The notes beneath the pieces were generated by a model. It did not search any database, had not been told where the DNA came from, and was given only the letters and a program-made list of their open reading frames with translations. DNA of 64,000 nucleotides from Alphaproteobacteria bacterium (lineage in GTDB: Bacteria; Pseudomonadota; Alphaproteobacteria; UBA828): the NCBI GenBank assembly GCA_965237415.1, contig CBDEFM010000002.1:1120001-1184000 (forward strand). The letters run 5' to 3'. Positions 1 through 9,013 of this stretch are shown piece after piece. Each line of letters begins with the position of its first letter. The first letter of the stretch is position 1. Made by a program: the position numbers and the translations under genes.

Positions 1-360
1 CGGTGATTCCGCGGCGCGGTCGCAAAAAAAGCCTCGCGGGCGCCCGTCCCGGACAAGGCGTCGGATGGGTAGCACACTCACCCGCCCCACGCAACCGCCG
101 GAGAGGCCTTGGACCGAGCCTCTCCAAGCCAATCAGTCGTGCCGCGCAGGGGTGGACTTCGACAGGAATTTGCTGCTTGAAGGGAAGCCTGCCAATAGGA
201 TGCAGCCAAGGAACCATCGAGGAGATCGAGCGAATGTCGCTGAAGGACGCGGCATAGCGACCCGCCCCCATTTGGAGAGCGGCAGCTCGGCCGTACTCTC
301 CAGGTCGAGCGACGGCGAACGACCACGCACGTGCTCGCTCATCAATTCAAGGAGGCCACC

Positions 361-747
361 GTGTTCAAGACGTACAATCCGGCCGATATCGCGGGGCCGT
401 TCGGCCACTACGACCATGGCGTCGAGGCGGTCAACGTGTCGCGCCTGCTGCACATATCGGGGCAGGTCGGTACCGATCCCGACGGCACCGCGCCCGACGA
501 CGTGGCGGCGCAAATCGAGTGCGTCTGGCGCAACATCGAGGCCGTGCTCGCCGAAGCGGGCATGACGACCGGCAACATTGTGCGCACCATCACCTACATG
601 CTGGATGCCGACTATGTGCCGCTGCTCGGCGCCGCCCGCCAACGGCACTTGGGCGCCGATCACAAGGCTGCATCGACGACCATCGTGGTGGCCGGTCTCG
701 TCCGGCCCGAGTGGAAGGTGGAGATCGATGCCGTCGCCGTGGCCTGA
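361..747 (+). CDS. RidA/YjgF family protein
   Basis: GHY..GV, ISGQVG, VAGLVRPEWKVEIDAVA motifs; GGAGG at 351-355 favours the GTG at 361 over 331. Confidence 0.9.
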   Translation: MFKTYNPADIAGPFGHYDHGVEAVNVSRLLHISGQVGTDPDGTAPDDVAAQIECVWRNIEAVLAEAGMTTGNIVRTITYMLDADYVPLLGAARQRHLGADHKAASTTIVVAGLVRPEWKVEIDAVAVA

Positions 748-796
748 ACGGCCGCCCTCATCGCGCGCGGGACACGTACAACGTTAATTTCGAAGC

Positions 797-957
797 GGGA
801 TTCGCCGGGATTAAGTGGGATTAAGTGGGATAAGTGGGATTCCGTGAGACGGACGGCGGCCGGCTCGGAATGAGGGGTCGCGCACGCCCGGGTCGCGCGA
901 GCCTGAAAGGTCTCGCGCGCGAAATAATGGTCGTGCGCGCGAAATGAGGGGTCGCGC
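797..957. repeat. Phased GGGAT(TAAGT) array plus short direct repeats; putative end region of the Mu-like element
   Basis: GGGAT at 797, 807, 817, 827, 836; AATGAGGGGTCGCGC at 869 and 943; GCGCGCGAAAT at 915 and 935. The repeats are seen; the role is inferred. Confidence 0.6.
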
Positions 958-972
958 GCCCCCGGCCTGCGC

Positions 973-1692
973 TCAGACCTTGATGAAGAAGTTGAGGGCG
1001 ATATAGGGCGGCATGTTGTTGTGGGGCTGTCCGCCGCCGGCGTGGCGCACGCCATAGGTGCTGCCGGCGGCCACCGTGGACGCGGTGCCGGTTGTGCCGG
1101 TGAGCCTGTTTCGATCCGCGCCCGCGCCGTCCTGGCGCACGCCGCCGAGGACGTGGCCATGCGTCGGCATTTCGGCCTCCGTGAGGGTGTGCGTCTCCGC
1201 GCCGCCGGTCGCGCCGGCCCGGCGGGTTGCGGTGGCGCCGAGCGCGAAGCGGTCCCTGAGATCGGGCAGGTTGAAGGTGGTCGAGCCGTCGCCGGGGCCG
1301 TAGGCGGTGCCGATGACGGCGAAGAGGTCGGGATAGGTGGCACGGCTCACGGCGGAGCCGTTGCAGGTCAGCCATCCGTTGGGCCTGGCGCCGGCGTGCA
1401 TGGCGACGGTGCCGGGCGGCACGGCCTGCGGCGGTGTCGGCTGTGGCGGAAGCTGCGCGCTCGGCACTCTGCCTGAGCCGTCGAGGGAGGCGATGCCGCC
1501 GGCGACGCCGCGCCCGAGCTCGGCGTCCGGCACGCGGCGGCGGCCGTCGAGGGAGGCCACGCCGTCGGCGCTGCCGCGCCCGGCGATGATCGTCTTGACG
1601 CGCTGAAAGAGCTTGAAGAACTCCGCGCGGGGCGGGCGGTCGGTGCCGGAATCGACGCCGGCGGTCGAGAGATCGTCCGTTGGCCAGGGCAT
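973..1692 (-). CDS. Phage tail fibre / tail-collar domain protein
   Basis: Two G(V/I)ASLD...RVP repeats; collar motif GWLTCNGSAVSRATYPDLFAVIGTAYGPGDGSTTFNLPDLR; HNNMPPYIALNFFIK end; AGGAGG RBS. Confidence 0.9.
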   Translation of the reverse strand: MPWPTDDLSTAGVDSGTDRPPRAEFFKLFQRVKTIIAGRGSADGVASLDGRRRVPDAELGRGVAGGIASLDGSGRVPSAQLPPQPTPPQAVPPGTVAMHAGARPNGWLTCNGSAVSRATYPDLFAVIGTAYGPGDGSTTFNLPDLRDRFALGATATRRAGATGGAETHTLTEAEMPTHGHVLGGVRQDGAGADRNRLTGTTGTASTVAAGSTYGVRHAGGGQPHNNMPPYIALNFFIKV

Positions 1693-1706
1693 GTGCGCCT
1701 CCTTTC

Positions 1707-2030
1707 AGCTCGGAATTCTCACCGATGTCATGGTCTGCGCGGCGCATTCCGGCCGACAGGGCAGGAAAGGCGCGCAGCGCGTCGCGCGGATACGCGCGCC
1801 TTCGGCGCGACGCCGGGGACATCGGGCAAGCGGCTTGACGAACCCTGTCGGCCGGAAGGCGCCGCCCTTCGGGTCGCGCCCAGACGCCCGCCCGCATCGT
1901 GCGCTCCGCGCGCGTCCCGCGCGGCGTCGCGGGCCTCAACCGTATTCCCCGATACGCTTTTCGGCCCGCTCCTGGCGGATCGAGCGTCTGGGCGCGACGC
2001 AGGCCGTGACATCGGTGAGAACTCCGAGCT
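1707..2030. mobile_element. MITE-like non-coding element (324 bp) with 33-bp terminal inverted repeats
   Basis: 1707-1739 vs reverse complement of 1998-2030 match 30/33; internal GC hairpins; no credible ORF. Confidence 0.75.
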
Positions 2031-5000
2031 AGTCGGCAACGCCGCGCACGACGGCATCGACCACGGCGTCGGCGGGGTTGCCGTCGCCGTCGTAGATGCG
2101 GATGCGCGTCGGGCTGTTCTTGCTGAGCAGCGTCCACGACCAGCCCGCGCCGACCGATTGCAGGGTGATATCGAGGTCGGTCACGAAGCGCAGGTCGGTC
2201 GGCACGATGCGCCCTGTCGCCGCCGTTCCCTGCCACTCGGCGGTGTTGCGATCGAGCAGCTTGCGCTCGGCCGACGGCGCATGGGCGGACCAGCACAGAT
2301 GATCGAGGGAGAGCACCCGGCTGCCGTCGCCGCTCACGCGCCAGCGCAGTTGCAGCCATCGCCCGGCGACGGTGGTTCCTTCCGCATAGGCGGCCCATGA
2401 GGCGGCGGCCACGGCGGCCGCGCTCGCGCCTGCGCGGTACTCGAAGGCGCCGTCGCCCTCGATCTCGGCGGACCAGCGCAGCGCCACGTCGAAGGCGATG
2501 CCGAGATCGACCGGCTCGGCCGCGAAGGCGATCTCGGCGGCGGCGCCGGTGCCGTTGCCGGCGCCCCACGACTGCCAGGCGTCCCATGTCGTGAGATCGT
2601 CCCATGTGTAATCGCCCGCGCCCTCAAGCGCGTCGTAGCCGTCATCGGAGCGCTCGATATCGGTAAGCCTGCCGGGCCAGCCGGCGGCGGAGGGGCAGCG
2701 CCAGAGCAGGGCGTCGCCCTGGCGCTGCGGCCCGAGCTCGGCGACGATGCGCACGTCGCCGGCGGAAAGCCTGCCGCCGGTATCGATGGCGCGGGCGGCG
2801 AAGACCCAGGTTCCCGGCGACGGCTCGACCGTCTCCAGCGGCGAGGCGGTAAGGTGGCCCCGATGCAAGGGCGTCAGTCGATCCCAGCCAAGCGGCGTGC
2901 CGCCGGCGGCGCCGTAGCGGATCAGGACGCCGGCGAGGTCCACATCGGCCGGCGGTTGCCAGCGCAGCCTGCGGGTGCCGTCGCCCAGCACGTCGATCAG
3001 GAAGTTGGTCGGCACGCCCGGCGGGGCGAGGGAGCCCACGATCTCATAGCGTGCGGTGAAGGGAGCGCCGGCGGGCGCGGCCTCGGTGCCGGGTGTCACG
3101 GTCAGGGTGAGGGTCCCTTGGGGCGGCGCGAGCCATTGCGCGGCCGTCTCGCCGTCCACGAGGCGGGCGACAATGCGGGGCGGGGCGTCGTCGACGGATG
3201 CCCGCACGATACCGCCGCGCCAGTCGCCGGCCGTGGTGAGCACGGCGGCGATCTCGACCGCGAAGCCGGCGCCGACGCGCACCTGGGCCTCGGCGAAAGC
3301 GACGCCCAGCACCCGAGGCGCACGGGCGGAAAGCACCGGCAAGGGCGCGGAGAGATCGGCGGTGGCGGCGGCATAATAGGCCTCCACCTCGTCGATGGCG
3401 GTAAAGCGCACGCGCCGGTCGGTAGCGGGCTCGACCGCCGTGATGCGCGCGCGCACCGGCGGCAGGCTCGCATCGTAGAGGCGCCACAAGGTATCGAGGG
3501 GACTCGCGCCTTGGGCGCCCGGCGCCTCGGGGAGCGGATCGTCGAGCTCGATCTCGGCGGTCTCGCCCTGCGCGCCGCCCGCCGCCGAGACGGCCGTTCG
3601 GTGCACCGTGCCGTCCGGCAGGCGGAACAGCATCTCGCCGCCGGCGCTGGAGGTGGTCGCGCCGGAAGGCGCGCGGAGATCGACCGCGCCGGAAGGCGCG
3701 CGAGAAAATGTCGCGCCGGAAGGCGCGCGGAGATCGACCGCGCGGTCGAGGATCACGTGCGCGGCCGTGCCGCCGGCAAGCCGGCCGGCGGCGCCGCCGT
3801 CGATCAGCGAATGGGTGATGTGCACCACGTCGCCGCGCGCGATCGCAAGCCCTTCGGCCGCCATCTCCCAGCTCAAGCGCCGGCGGTGGTAGAGCTGGCG
3901 CGCGGCTTGCAGATTGCACGCGATCGCCGCGTGTTCGGATGAGGTCACGCCTTCGAGCGTGATCGTGGTCGTGGCCGCCGGCGGCCCGTTCACACCCGGC
4001 ACGAGGCGGCGGAGCGTGTTGAACTGCCAATCGAGGTCGGGCTCGATATAGCGCACGGCAATCTCGTCCGCCGCCTGGCCTGCGGCATACTCGACCGCTA
4101 ACGAGCCGGCGACGATGTTGCCGGGCGTCACCAGCGCCGTGGCCGGGCGGCCGGCATCCTCCCAGACGACGCCGAGCTTGCCGGTCTGCCAGCTCGGGCT
4201 CGCGCGGCCGCATTGGGCGATCGTGGTCAGCACCTCGGCATGGGAGCGGGTGCGGTCGAGCACCAGATTGCAGCCGAGCCCCTGGCCCTCGCACCATGCG
4301 CCCCAGGCCTTGATCGAGTCCTCGTCGATGCGCGTATCCGGCAAGCCGACGCCGGCGACCAGGCGGCCGGCGATACGCAGGCCCCGCGCATACCAACGGA
4401 ACAGCCAAGCCGGATTGGAGGTCGCGGCAGGTGCGGTCCAGCGGGCGCCGTCCCACGTCGGCACGCGCTGGCGCACCATGGCGGAGAGACGATCGAGGCG
4501 GCCGGAAAGCTGGCCGGTGGCGCGGATGCGGAGCCCTAAGCGGGTCTGGCCGCTATAGTCGCCGATGTCGATCTGATAGGCGCGCAGCGCCGCCCAGGCG
4601 AGCTCGTCGTGCACACGATCGGAGGGGTCGGGGTCGGCGGTGCGGCGCACGCGCACGGTCCACGTGCCGGCGCTGGCGAGGTCATAGGCGAAGGTGCGGC
4701 GCAACGGCGCTTGGCTGTCGTGCATGAGGGTGATCGTGCGGCGCTGGGTGGCCTGGCCCGGCGCCCGCCATTCGATCTCGATCTCGGCGCTGTTGGCCTG
4801 AATCTCGCCCTCGTCGTCGATGCGAAAGAGGCGGCCGGTGATATCGACGCCGATGCGCCGCGTGCCGGCGGCGGTCGTGCGCTCAAGCCATTGCGTGTCG
4901 TCGAGGGCGCCGCCGGCGATGCTGTCCACGTTGCCGGCGACGAGGGTAATGCGGCCTCGGGCGTCGCCGAACTCGGTCTCGACTTCCTCGTAGGAATCGA

Positions 5001-5790
5001 GGGCGGTGGTGCCGATCCTGAGATCGTCCACGGCGAGGTCGCCGAGGCCGAAGTTGAAAATCTGATGGAGGACGTGATCGTCGCCCGAGATCTCCGTGTA
5101 TTCCGCGGCGCCGAGGTCGGGAAAGACGCGGTGCGCGCCCAACACCAGAAGCAAGGGCTCATAGGCGCGCGCGCGGTTGGCGCCGCCGCTGAGGCTGTAG
5201 ATGGGCTCAATGGCGCGTGGGCGGGCGGCATCGGGCAGGATCGGCGGGGCGATGGCGTTGACGATGAGGCCGCCGGCAATGGTGATGGCGGCGCCGGCGA
5301 GCGTTTGCGCCCACGTGGCGGTGAAGAGCAGGGGCGGCACGACGATGGCGGCGACGAGCACGCCGATTTGCAGGATGGTGCGCAGCGGATTCTTGTCGCC
5401 GCCGCCATCGGCCAGCGCGGCGCGCAGAGTCACGATCTCGCCGCCCTTGAGCGGGGTCTCGCGCCACGCCGCGCGGGCGACAGGGCGGCCGTCCACGGCG
5501 ACGGCTATCTCCGCCCCACCGCTGCGCTGCTTGAGGGCGGTTATCCATTCCTGCTCGATCAGATCGGCAACGGTGGCGCCGATCGCGCGCCCACGCGCGT
5601 CAACGCGCGACGGAAGCGCACAGACGCGCATCTCGCGCCCTTGGGCTGTCAGTCCATGGGGCCAGAGATCGGTTGTTATGAGCTGTTCGGTCGCCCTGCC
5701 GCTGGACTGCTGGAGGGCGATATCGCTCGCCCTAGCGGCGGACTCATTTACCGCGCGCGCAGGGGCGCGCGACAGGGCGGTTATCTCCAT
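2029..5790 (-). CDS. Tail tip / host-specificity protein J-like, fused to an N-terminal lambda-I-like region
   Basis: GDKNPLRTIL, YSLSGGANRARAYEP, ATSNPAW and Fn3-like C-terminal segments; ATG at 5790 overlaps the NlpC stop, so the ORF-track extension to 6057 is unlikely. Confidence 0.88.
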   Translation of the reverse strand: MEITALSRAPARAVNESAARASDIALQQSSGRATEQLITTDLWPHGLTAQGREMRVCALPSRVDARGRAIGATVADLIEQEWITALKQRSGGAEIAVAVDGRPVARAAWRETPLKGGEIVTLRAALADGGGDKNPLRTILQIGVLVAAIVVPPLLFTATWAQTLAGAAITIAGGLIVNAIAPPILPDAARPRAIEPIYSLSGGANRARAYEPLLLVLGAHRVFPDLGAAEYTEISGDDHVLHQIFNFGLGDLAVDDLRIGTTALDSYEEVETEFGDARGRITLVAGNVDSIAGGALDDTQWLERTTAAGTRRIGVDITGRLFRIDDEGEIQANSAEIEIEWRAPGQATQRRTITLMHDSQAPLRRTFAYDLASAGTWTVRVRRTADPDPSDRVHDELAWAALRAYQIDIGDYSGQTRLGLRIRATGQLSGRLDRLSAMVRQRVPTWDGARWTAPAATSNPAWLFRWYARGLRIAGRLVAGVGLPDTRIDEDSIKAWGAWCEGQGLGCNLVLDRTRSHAEVLTTIAQCGRASPSWQTGKLGVVWEDAGRPATALVTPGNIVAGSLAVEYAAGQAADEIAVRYIEPDLDWQFNTLRRLVPGVNGPPAATTTITLEGVTSSEHAAIACNLQAARQLYHRRRLSWEMAAEGLAIARGDVVHITHSLIDGGAAGRLAGGTAAHVILDRAVDLRAPSGATFSRAPSGAVDLRAPSGATTSSAGGEMLFRLPDGTVHRTAVSAAGGAQGETAEIELDDPLPEAPGAQGASPLDTLWRLYDASLPPVRARITAVEPATDRRVRFTAIDEVEAYYAAATADLSAPLPVLSARAPRVLGVAFAEAQVRVGAGFAVEIAAVLTTAGDWRGGIVRASVDDAPPRIVARLVDGETAAQWLAPPQGTLTLTVTPGTEAAPAGAPFTARYEIVGSLAPPGVPTNFLIDVLGDGTRRLRWQPPADVDLAGVLIRYGAAGGTPLGWDRLTPLHRGHLTASPLETVEPSPGTWVFAARAIDTGGRLSAGDVRIVAELGPQRQGDALLWRCPSAAGWPGRLTDIERSDDGYDALEGAGDYTWDDLTTWDAWQSWGAGNGTGAAAEIAFAAEPVDLGIAFDVALRWSAEIEGDGAFEYRAGASAAAVAAASWAAYAEGTTVAGRWLQLRWRVSGDGSRVLSLDHLCWSAHAPSAERKLLDRNTAEWQGTAATGRIVPTDLRFVTDLDITLQSVGAGWSWTLLSKNSPTRIRIYDGDGNPADAVVDAVVRGVAD
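3658..3743 (-). repeat. Three in-frame copies of a CGCGCCTTCCGGCGCG hairpin (RAPSGA peptide) inside J
   Basis: Translates as VDLRAPSGATFSRAPSGAVDLRAPSGA. Confidence 0.85.
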
Positions 5791-6203
5791 CGGTAGACGC
5801 CTTCGAGCACGAGCGCGCGGCGGTCGAGATCGCGCAACGGATGCAGGATCGAGCCCACGCCCTTGAGGCAATGCAGCACGTAAGGCGCGCCCCCGACGGC
5901 GCACCAGATGCCGATATGGTGGCCCACGCTGTGCCGCCTGGCGGCGGCCGCCATCAGCACGCCGTCGCCCTCGCGCGGCGCCCCCATAGTTCCGCGCGCC
6001 TCCGGCGCGACGCGCACCGCGTAGATGCCCTTGAGCGCCGCGATCTGGCGGTCCCACGCGCGCGTACCCGTCTCATGGGCCGGGAGCGCGAGCTCGCGGC
6101 CGAAGCGCTCGCGCATGACCGCCGCCACGAAGTCGGCGCAGTCGTGCCGCCCCTCGACGTAAGCGCGCCCGATGTAGGACTCGGCCCAATGACTCTTATT
6201 CAT
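5781..6203 (-). CDS. Phage tail NlpC/P60-family protein (lambda K-like)
   Basis: HWAESYIGRAY..GRHDCADFV catalytic Cys, HHIGIW, VLHC; lies between DUF1833 and J. Confidence 0.88.
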   Translation of the reverse strand: MNKSHWAESYIGRAYVEGRHDCADFVAAVMRERFGRELALPAHETGTRAWDRQIAALKGIYAVRVAPEARGTMGAPREGDGVLMAAAARRHSVGHHIGIWCAVGGAPYVLHCLKGVGSILHPLRDLDRRALVLEGVYRWR

Positions 6204-6290
6204 TTCCCTCATGCGCCGGGCGCTCGCTCCGCTCGCTTGGCTACGCGCTGCGCGCGCGGCGCGGTCGCGCCGTCCGGGCCTGCGGCCCGG
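6195..6290 (+). repeat. Intergenic REP-like repeat, copy R1
   Basis: 77-bp core 6214-6290 is 75/77 identical to the reverse complement of 8425-8501. Confidence 0.9.
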
Positions 6291-6333
6291 CCCCCTACCG
6301 GCCCACGCCGTACTTGTTGCCGCGCATCCCACA

Positions 6334-7935
6334 TCAAAACAGCCCCGGCGAGGTCTGCGGATCGTGGCGCAGCGTTACGGCGGCGCGGCCGAGCAAGGGG
6401 TCGAAGCCCAAGCGCGCGGTCACGCGCTCCTGATCGACCGCCATGCCGGCCACGTCCAGCGTCACCTCCCACTCGACCGGCGGATCGTCGATGTCGAGCA
6501 CCTGCATGACGCGCACGCTGGCGCCGACGCCACCGCCTGTCGCCTCGATCCATTGCGTGAGCGCGCGCCCCACGTTGTCGATGGCAAGCTCGGCCTGCGG
6601 CGCCTGGCCGGCGATATCGTCGGCGAGCCGGGCGTCGAAGCGGAGCGCGACATAGTCGTTGCCCTCGATCGCGCGCCCGATCGTGTCGTTGATGACCCGC
6701 ACCGGCTGGGCGATGGCGGGATGGCTGATCTCAAGCGCGGTGAGCAGGCGATCGGCGGGCGCGGCCTCGCGCAACGCGCGCCGGTAGCGGATTTCGGCCG
6801 GGCGCACGCGCTCGATCCGGGCGGAGACCTGCGCCCTGCCGGCGGCGGCGAGGCCCCGGAGCGCGCGGACGTAGGCGATGTCGAGCCGGACACGGGCTTG
6901 CGCCCTGCCCGCGGCGGCGGCGGTGCCCCGCACCATGCGGATCGCGGGGGTCACGCGCAGCACGCGCGCGCGCACCTGCGGCGCGCCGGCCTCGGCCACG
7001 CCGCGCGTCTCGACAACAGTGCGGGCCGGGCGCGCCAGCGCGAAGATAAAGCGCTCGCCATCGGCAATGTCGTCGATGAGCGATAACAGGCCGACCGCGA
7101 GCGGGCCGAACTGAATCATGTTGCCGCCCTCGCGCCCGTGATCGCTTGCAGGAAACGAGGCGGCGCCGTCGTGTGTCTGAATGTAAAGAGTGAGATCGGC
7201 GCCCGCGCCGCCGGGGCTGAAATACGCCGCAAGCGAAAGCGGATCGTTGTCGTTGATCGCGAGCATCGTTCCGTTGCGCCGCCTGATCCGGGTGATCGCG
7301 GCCTCGTCCGCGCCGAGGCCGAGCTCGCCGTCGAGCAACGCGCCCACGGCGCCACGCGGCGGCGAGGCATAGATCGTGCCGCCGCTGCCGCTGCCGGCGC
7401 GGATCAGCGCGAGCACGTCGAACTCAAGCCCGCGCCCGTCGAAGTCCGAAAGCGCCAGCGCCGGCACGACGTCGATCCTGGCGCGGGTCTCCGCCCCGCC
7501 GGCGGCCGCGCCGCGCACCGCGTGCACCGCGACATCCGGGAGGCCGTCGGTAAGGGTCAGCGTGAAGTCGCCGACCGCGGAAGCGAACCACGAGCTCATC
7601 GCGGCGCCGTTGTCCGGCGACCAGAAATAGGGCTCGCTGGCGTCGGCGAAGCTATTGTCGGCGTTGCCGGGGCCTTTCAGCACGAGGGTCGAGGCCTCGA
7701 CCGTGAAGGTAAAGGCGCTGTCGGCCGTCTCGAATGCCTCGGTGAACTCGGGCCCGACGTTCTCCGGGTCGGCGGTGGCGGTGGCCGAAAGGCGGACCTG
7801 GAAATTGTTGCCGATCCCGCGGATGAAGCGCAGATAGGCGGTGACCCCGCCCTCGATCAGGGCGGGGTCGATCAGCGCCGCCCCGGACCATCCCTCGCCG
7901 CCGGGGCCGGCGAGCTCGAGAACCTGCGTCGCCAT
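6334..7935 (-). CDS. Multidomain tail protein with C-terminal DUF1833-like domain
   Basis: C-terminal LEISHPAIAQPVRVIND...AELAIDNVGR...DPQTSPGLF; about 390 extra N-terminal residues. Confidence 0.8.
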   Translation of the reverse strand: MATQVLELAGPGGEGWSGAALIDPALIEGGVTAYLRFIRGIGNNFQVRLSATATADPENVGPEFTEAFETADSAFTFTVEASTLVLKGPGNADNSFADASEPYFWSPDNGAAMSSWFASAVGDFTLTLTDGLPDVAVHAVRGAAAGGAETRARIDVVPALALSDFDGRGLEFDVLALIRAGSGSGGTIYASPPRGAVGALLDGELGLGADEAAITRIRRRNGTMLAINDNDPLSLAAYFSPGGAGADLTLYIQTHDGAASFPASDHGREGGNMIQFGPLAVGLLSLIDDIADGERFIFALARPARTVVETRGVAEAGAPQVRARVLRVTPAIRMVRGTAAAAGRAQARVRLDIAYVRALRGLAAAGRAQVSARIERVRPAEIRYRRALREAAPADRLLTALEISHPAIAQPVRVINDTIGRAIEGNDYVALRFDARLADDIAGQAPQAELAIDNVGRALTQWIEATGGGVGASVRVMQVLDIDDPPVEWEVTLDVAGMAVDQERVTARLGFDPLLGRAAVTLRHDPQTSPGLF

Positions 7936-7965
7936 CTATCGTCTCCCGACGCCGCCGGCTTGGGC

Positions 7966-8358
7966 TCAGGTGCCGGCCGGGATACGCACGACGACAGCGC
8001 CGGCCGGTACCCGCAGAATGTCGTCTTCCGTTTGTTGCGAGACCGTGGCGGGCATGCCCTGGTCGTTGAGCAGGCGGCCCCAGGCGCGGACGTTGCCGCC
8101 GGCGGCGGCCGTCATGATGGCGAAGTGGGTGGCGTTCTCGACCAGCGCCGTGGGCGCGAAGTCCACGGCCGCGAGGTTCTTCGCCTCGCCCGCCGGATTG
8201 CCGGCCTCGCGGCCGAGGTCGATTTCCGCCCGGCCGGCGGCCGCAATGAGATTGTTGCCCGCTGCCGTCGGGTCGGCACTGGCGAGCGCCAGATGATCGT
8301 CGCCGGCATTGGCGATGGCGAGCACCGCCCGATTCTGTTCCGCCGCTGCAATAGGCAT
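7966..8358 (-). CDS. Small phage tail/baseplate-associated protein
   Basis: HLALASADP...VDF..T...THFAI..AAAGGN...G.L pattern seen in small siphophage tail proteins; position in the tail operon. Confidence 0.7.
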   Translation of the reverse strand: MPIAAAEQNRAVLAIANAGDDHLALASADPTAAGNNLIAAAGRAEIDLGREAGNPAGEAKNLAAVDFAPTALVENATHFAIMTAAAGGNVRAWGRLLNDQGMPATVSQQTEDDILRVPAGAVVVRIPAGT

Positions 8359-8424
8359 GATCTCTCTCCTCTTAGTGTTCCCTCAAGTAACGGACGCTTG
8401 CAGGGATGTGGACGATGAGGGGTA

Positions 8425-8510
8425 CCGGGCCGCAGGCCCGGACGGCGCGACCGCGCCGCGCGCGTAGCGCGAAGCCAAGCGAGCGGAGCGAGCGCCCGGC
8501 GACTAAGGGA
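8425..8510 (-). repeat. Intergenic REP-like repeat, copy R2 (inverted relative to R1 and R3)
   Basis: 75/77 identity to R1. Confidence 0.9.
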
Positions 8511-8523
8511 TATGAAAAACGAC

Positions 8524-8898
8524 TCACAGCCCGACGCCCTCAAGATCGAGGGACGCCTCCCACGTGCGCCGGCCGTCGCCACCGATGCGCGCGGTGTATT
8601 CGATCCCGCCGGCGCCGCCGCGCACGCGGACCTGGTGCACGCTGCCGCTTTCCGGCGCGGTCCAGGCAAACCAGCGGTGGGCGCAGTCAGCGGCCCAGGC
8701 GCGGAAGCGCCGATAGTCGCCGTCGTTCGCGATCAAGACGGTGATCGAGAGTGCGGTGAACGCGCTCGCGTAGCGGCGTTCCTGGCGGATCAGCCCGTCG
8801 TCGAAGGGCGTGCGGTCCACGTCGTTATCGTCGGCGACGGTGTGGCCGTCCGCCTCGACCGATGCATAGGAAGGCCAGACAAGGCCGGCGGCGCTCAC
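8524..8898 (-). CDS. Distal tail protein (Dit / lambda M-like)
   Basis: WP..., RTPFDDG..RQ.RR, WFAW motifs; directly downstream of the tape measure gene. Confidence 0.75.
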   Translation of the reverse strand: MSAAGLVWPSYASVEADGHTVADDNDVDRTPFDDGLIRQERRYASAFTALSITVLIANDGDYRRFRAWAADCAHRWFAWTAPESGSVHQVRVRGGAGGIEYTARIGGDGRRTWEASLDLEGVGL

Positions 8899-9003
8899 TT
8901 ATTCTTTTCCCTCAGTCGCCGGGCGCTCGCTCCGCTCGCTTGGCTACGCGCCGTTCGGCGCGGCGCGCAGTCGCGCGCTCCGGGCCGCTGCACGGCCCGG
9001 CCC
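8898..9003 (+). repeat. Intergenic REP-like repeat, copy R3
   Basis: Shares CTTATTCWTTTCCCTCA, CGCCGGGCGCTCGCTCCGCTCGCTTGGCTACGCGC and the CGGCCCGGCCC end with R1. Confidence 0.85.
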
Positions 9004-9013
9004 TTCACCCGCG

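Noticed and set aside
1-330. Possible RNA gene, small ORFs or minus-strand terminator (A7 run near 24-30)
   Set aside because: No convincing tRNA/tmRNA/riboswitch structure; weak stem; ORFs lack recognisable features
973-7935. Diversity-generating retroelement targeting fibre or tip genes
   Set aside because: No reverse transcriptase and no template/variable repeat pair differing at adenines was seen
6195-9003. CRISPR array from the recurring repeats (also the 797-840 array)
   Set aside because: Copies are irregularly spaced, in mixed orientation and separated by whole genes; the short array has no spacers; no cas genes
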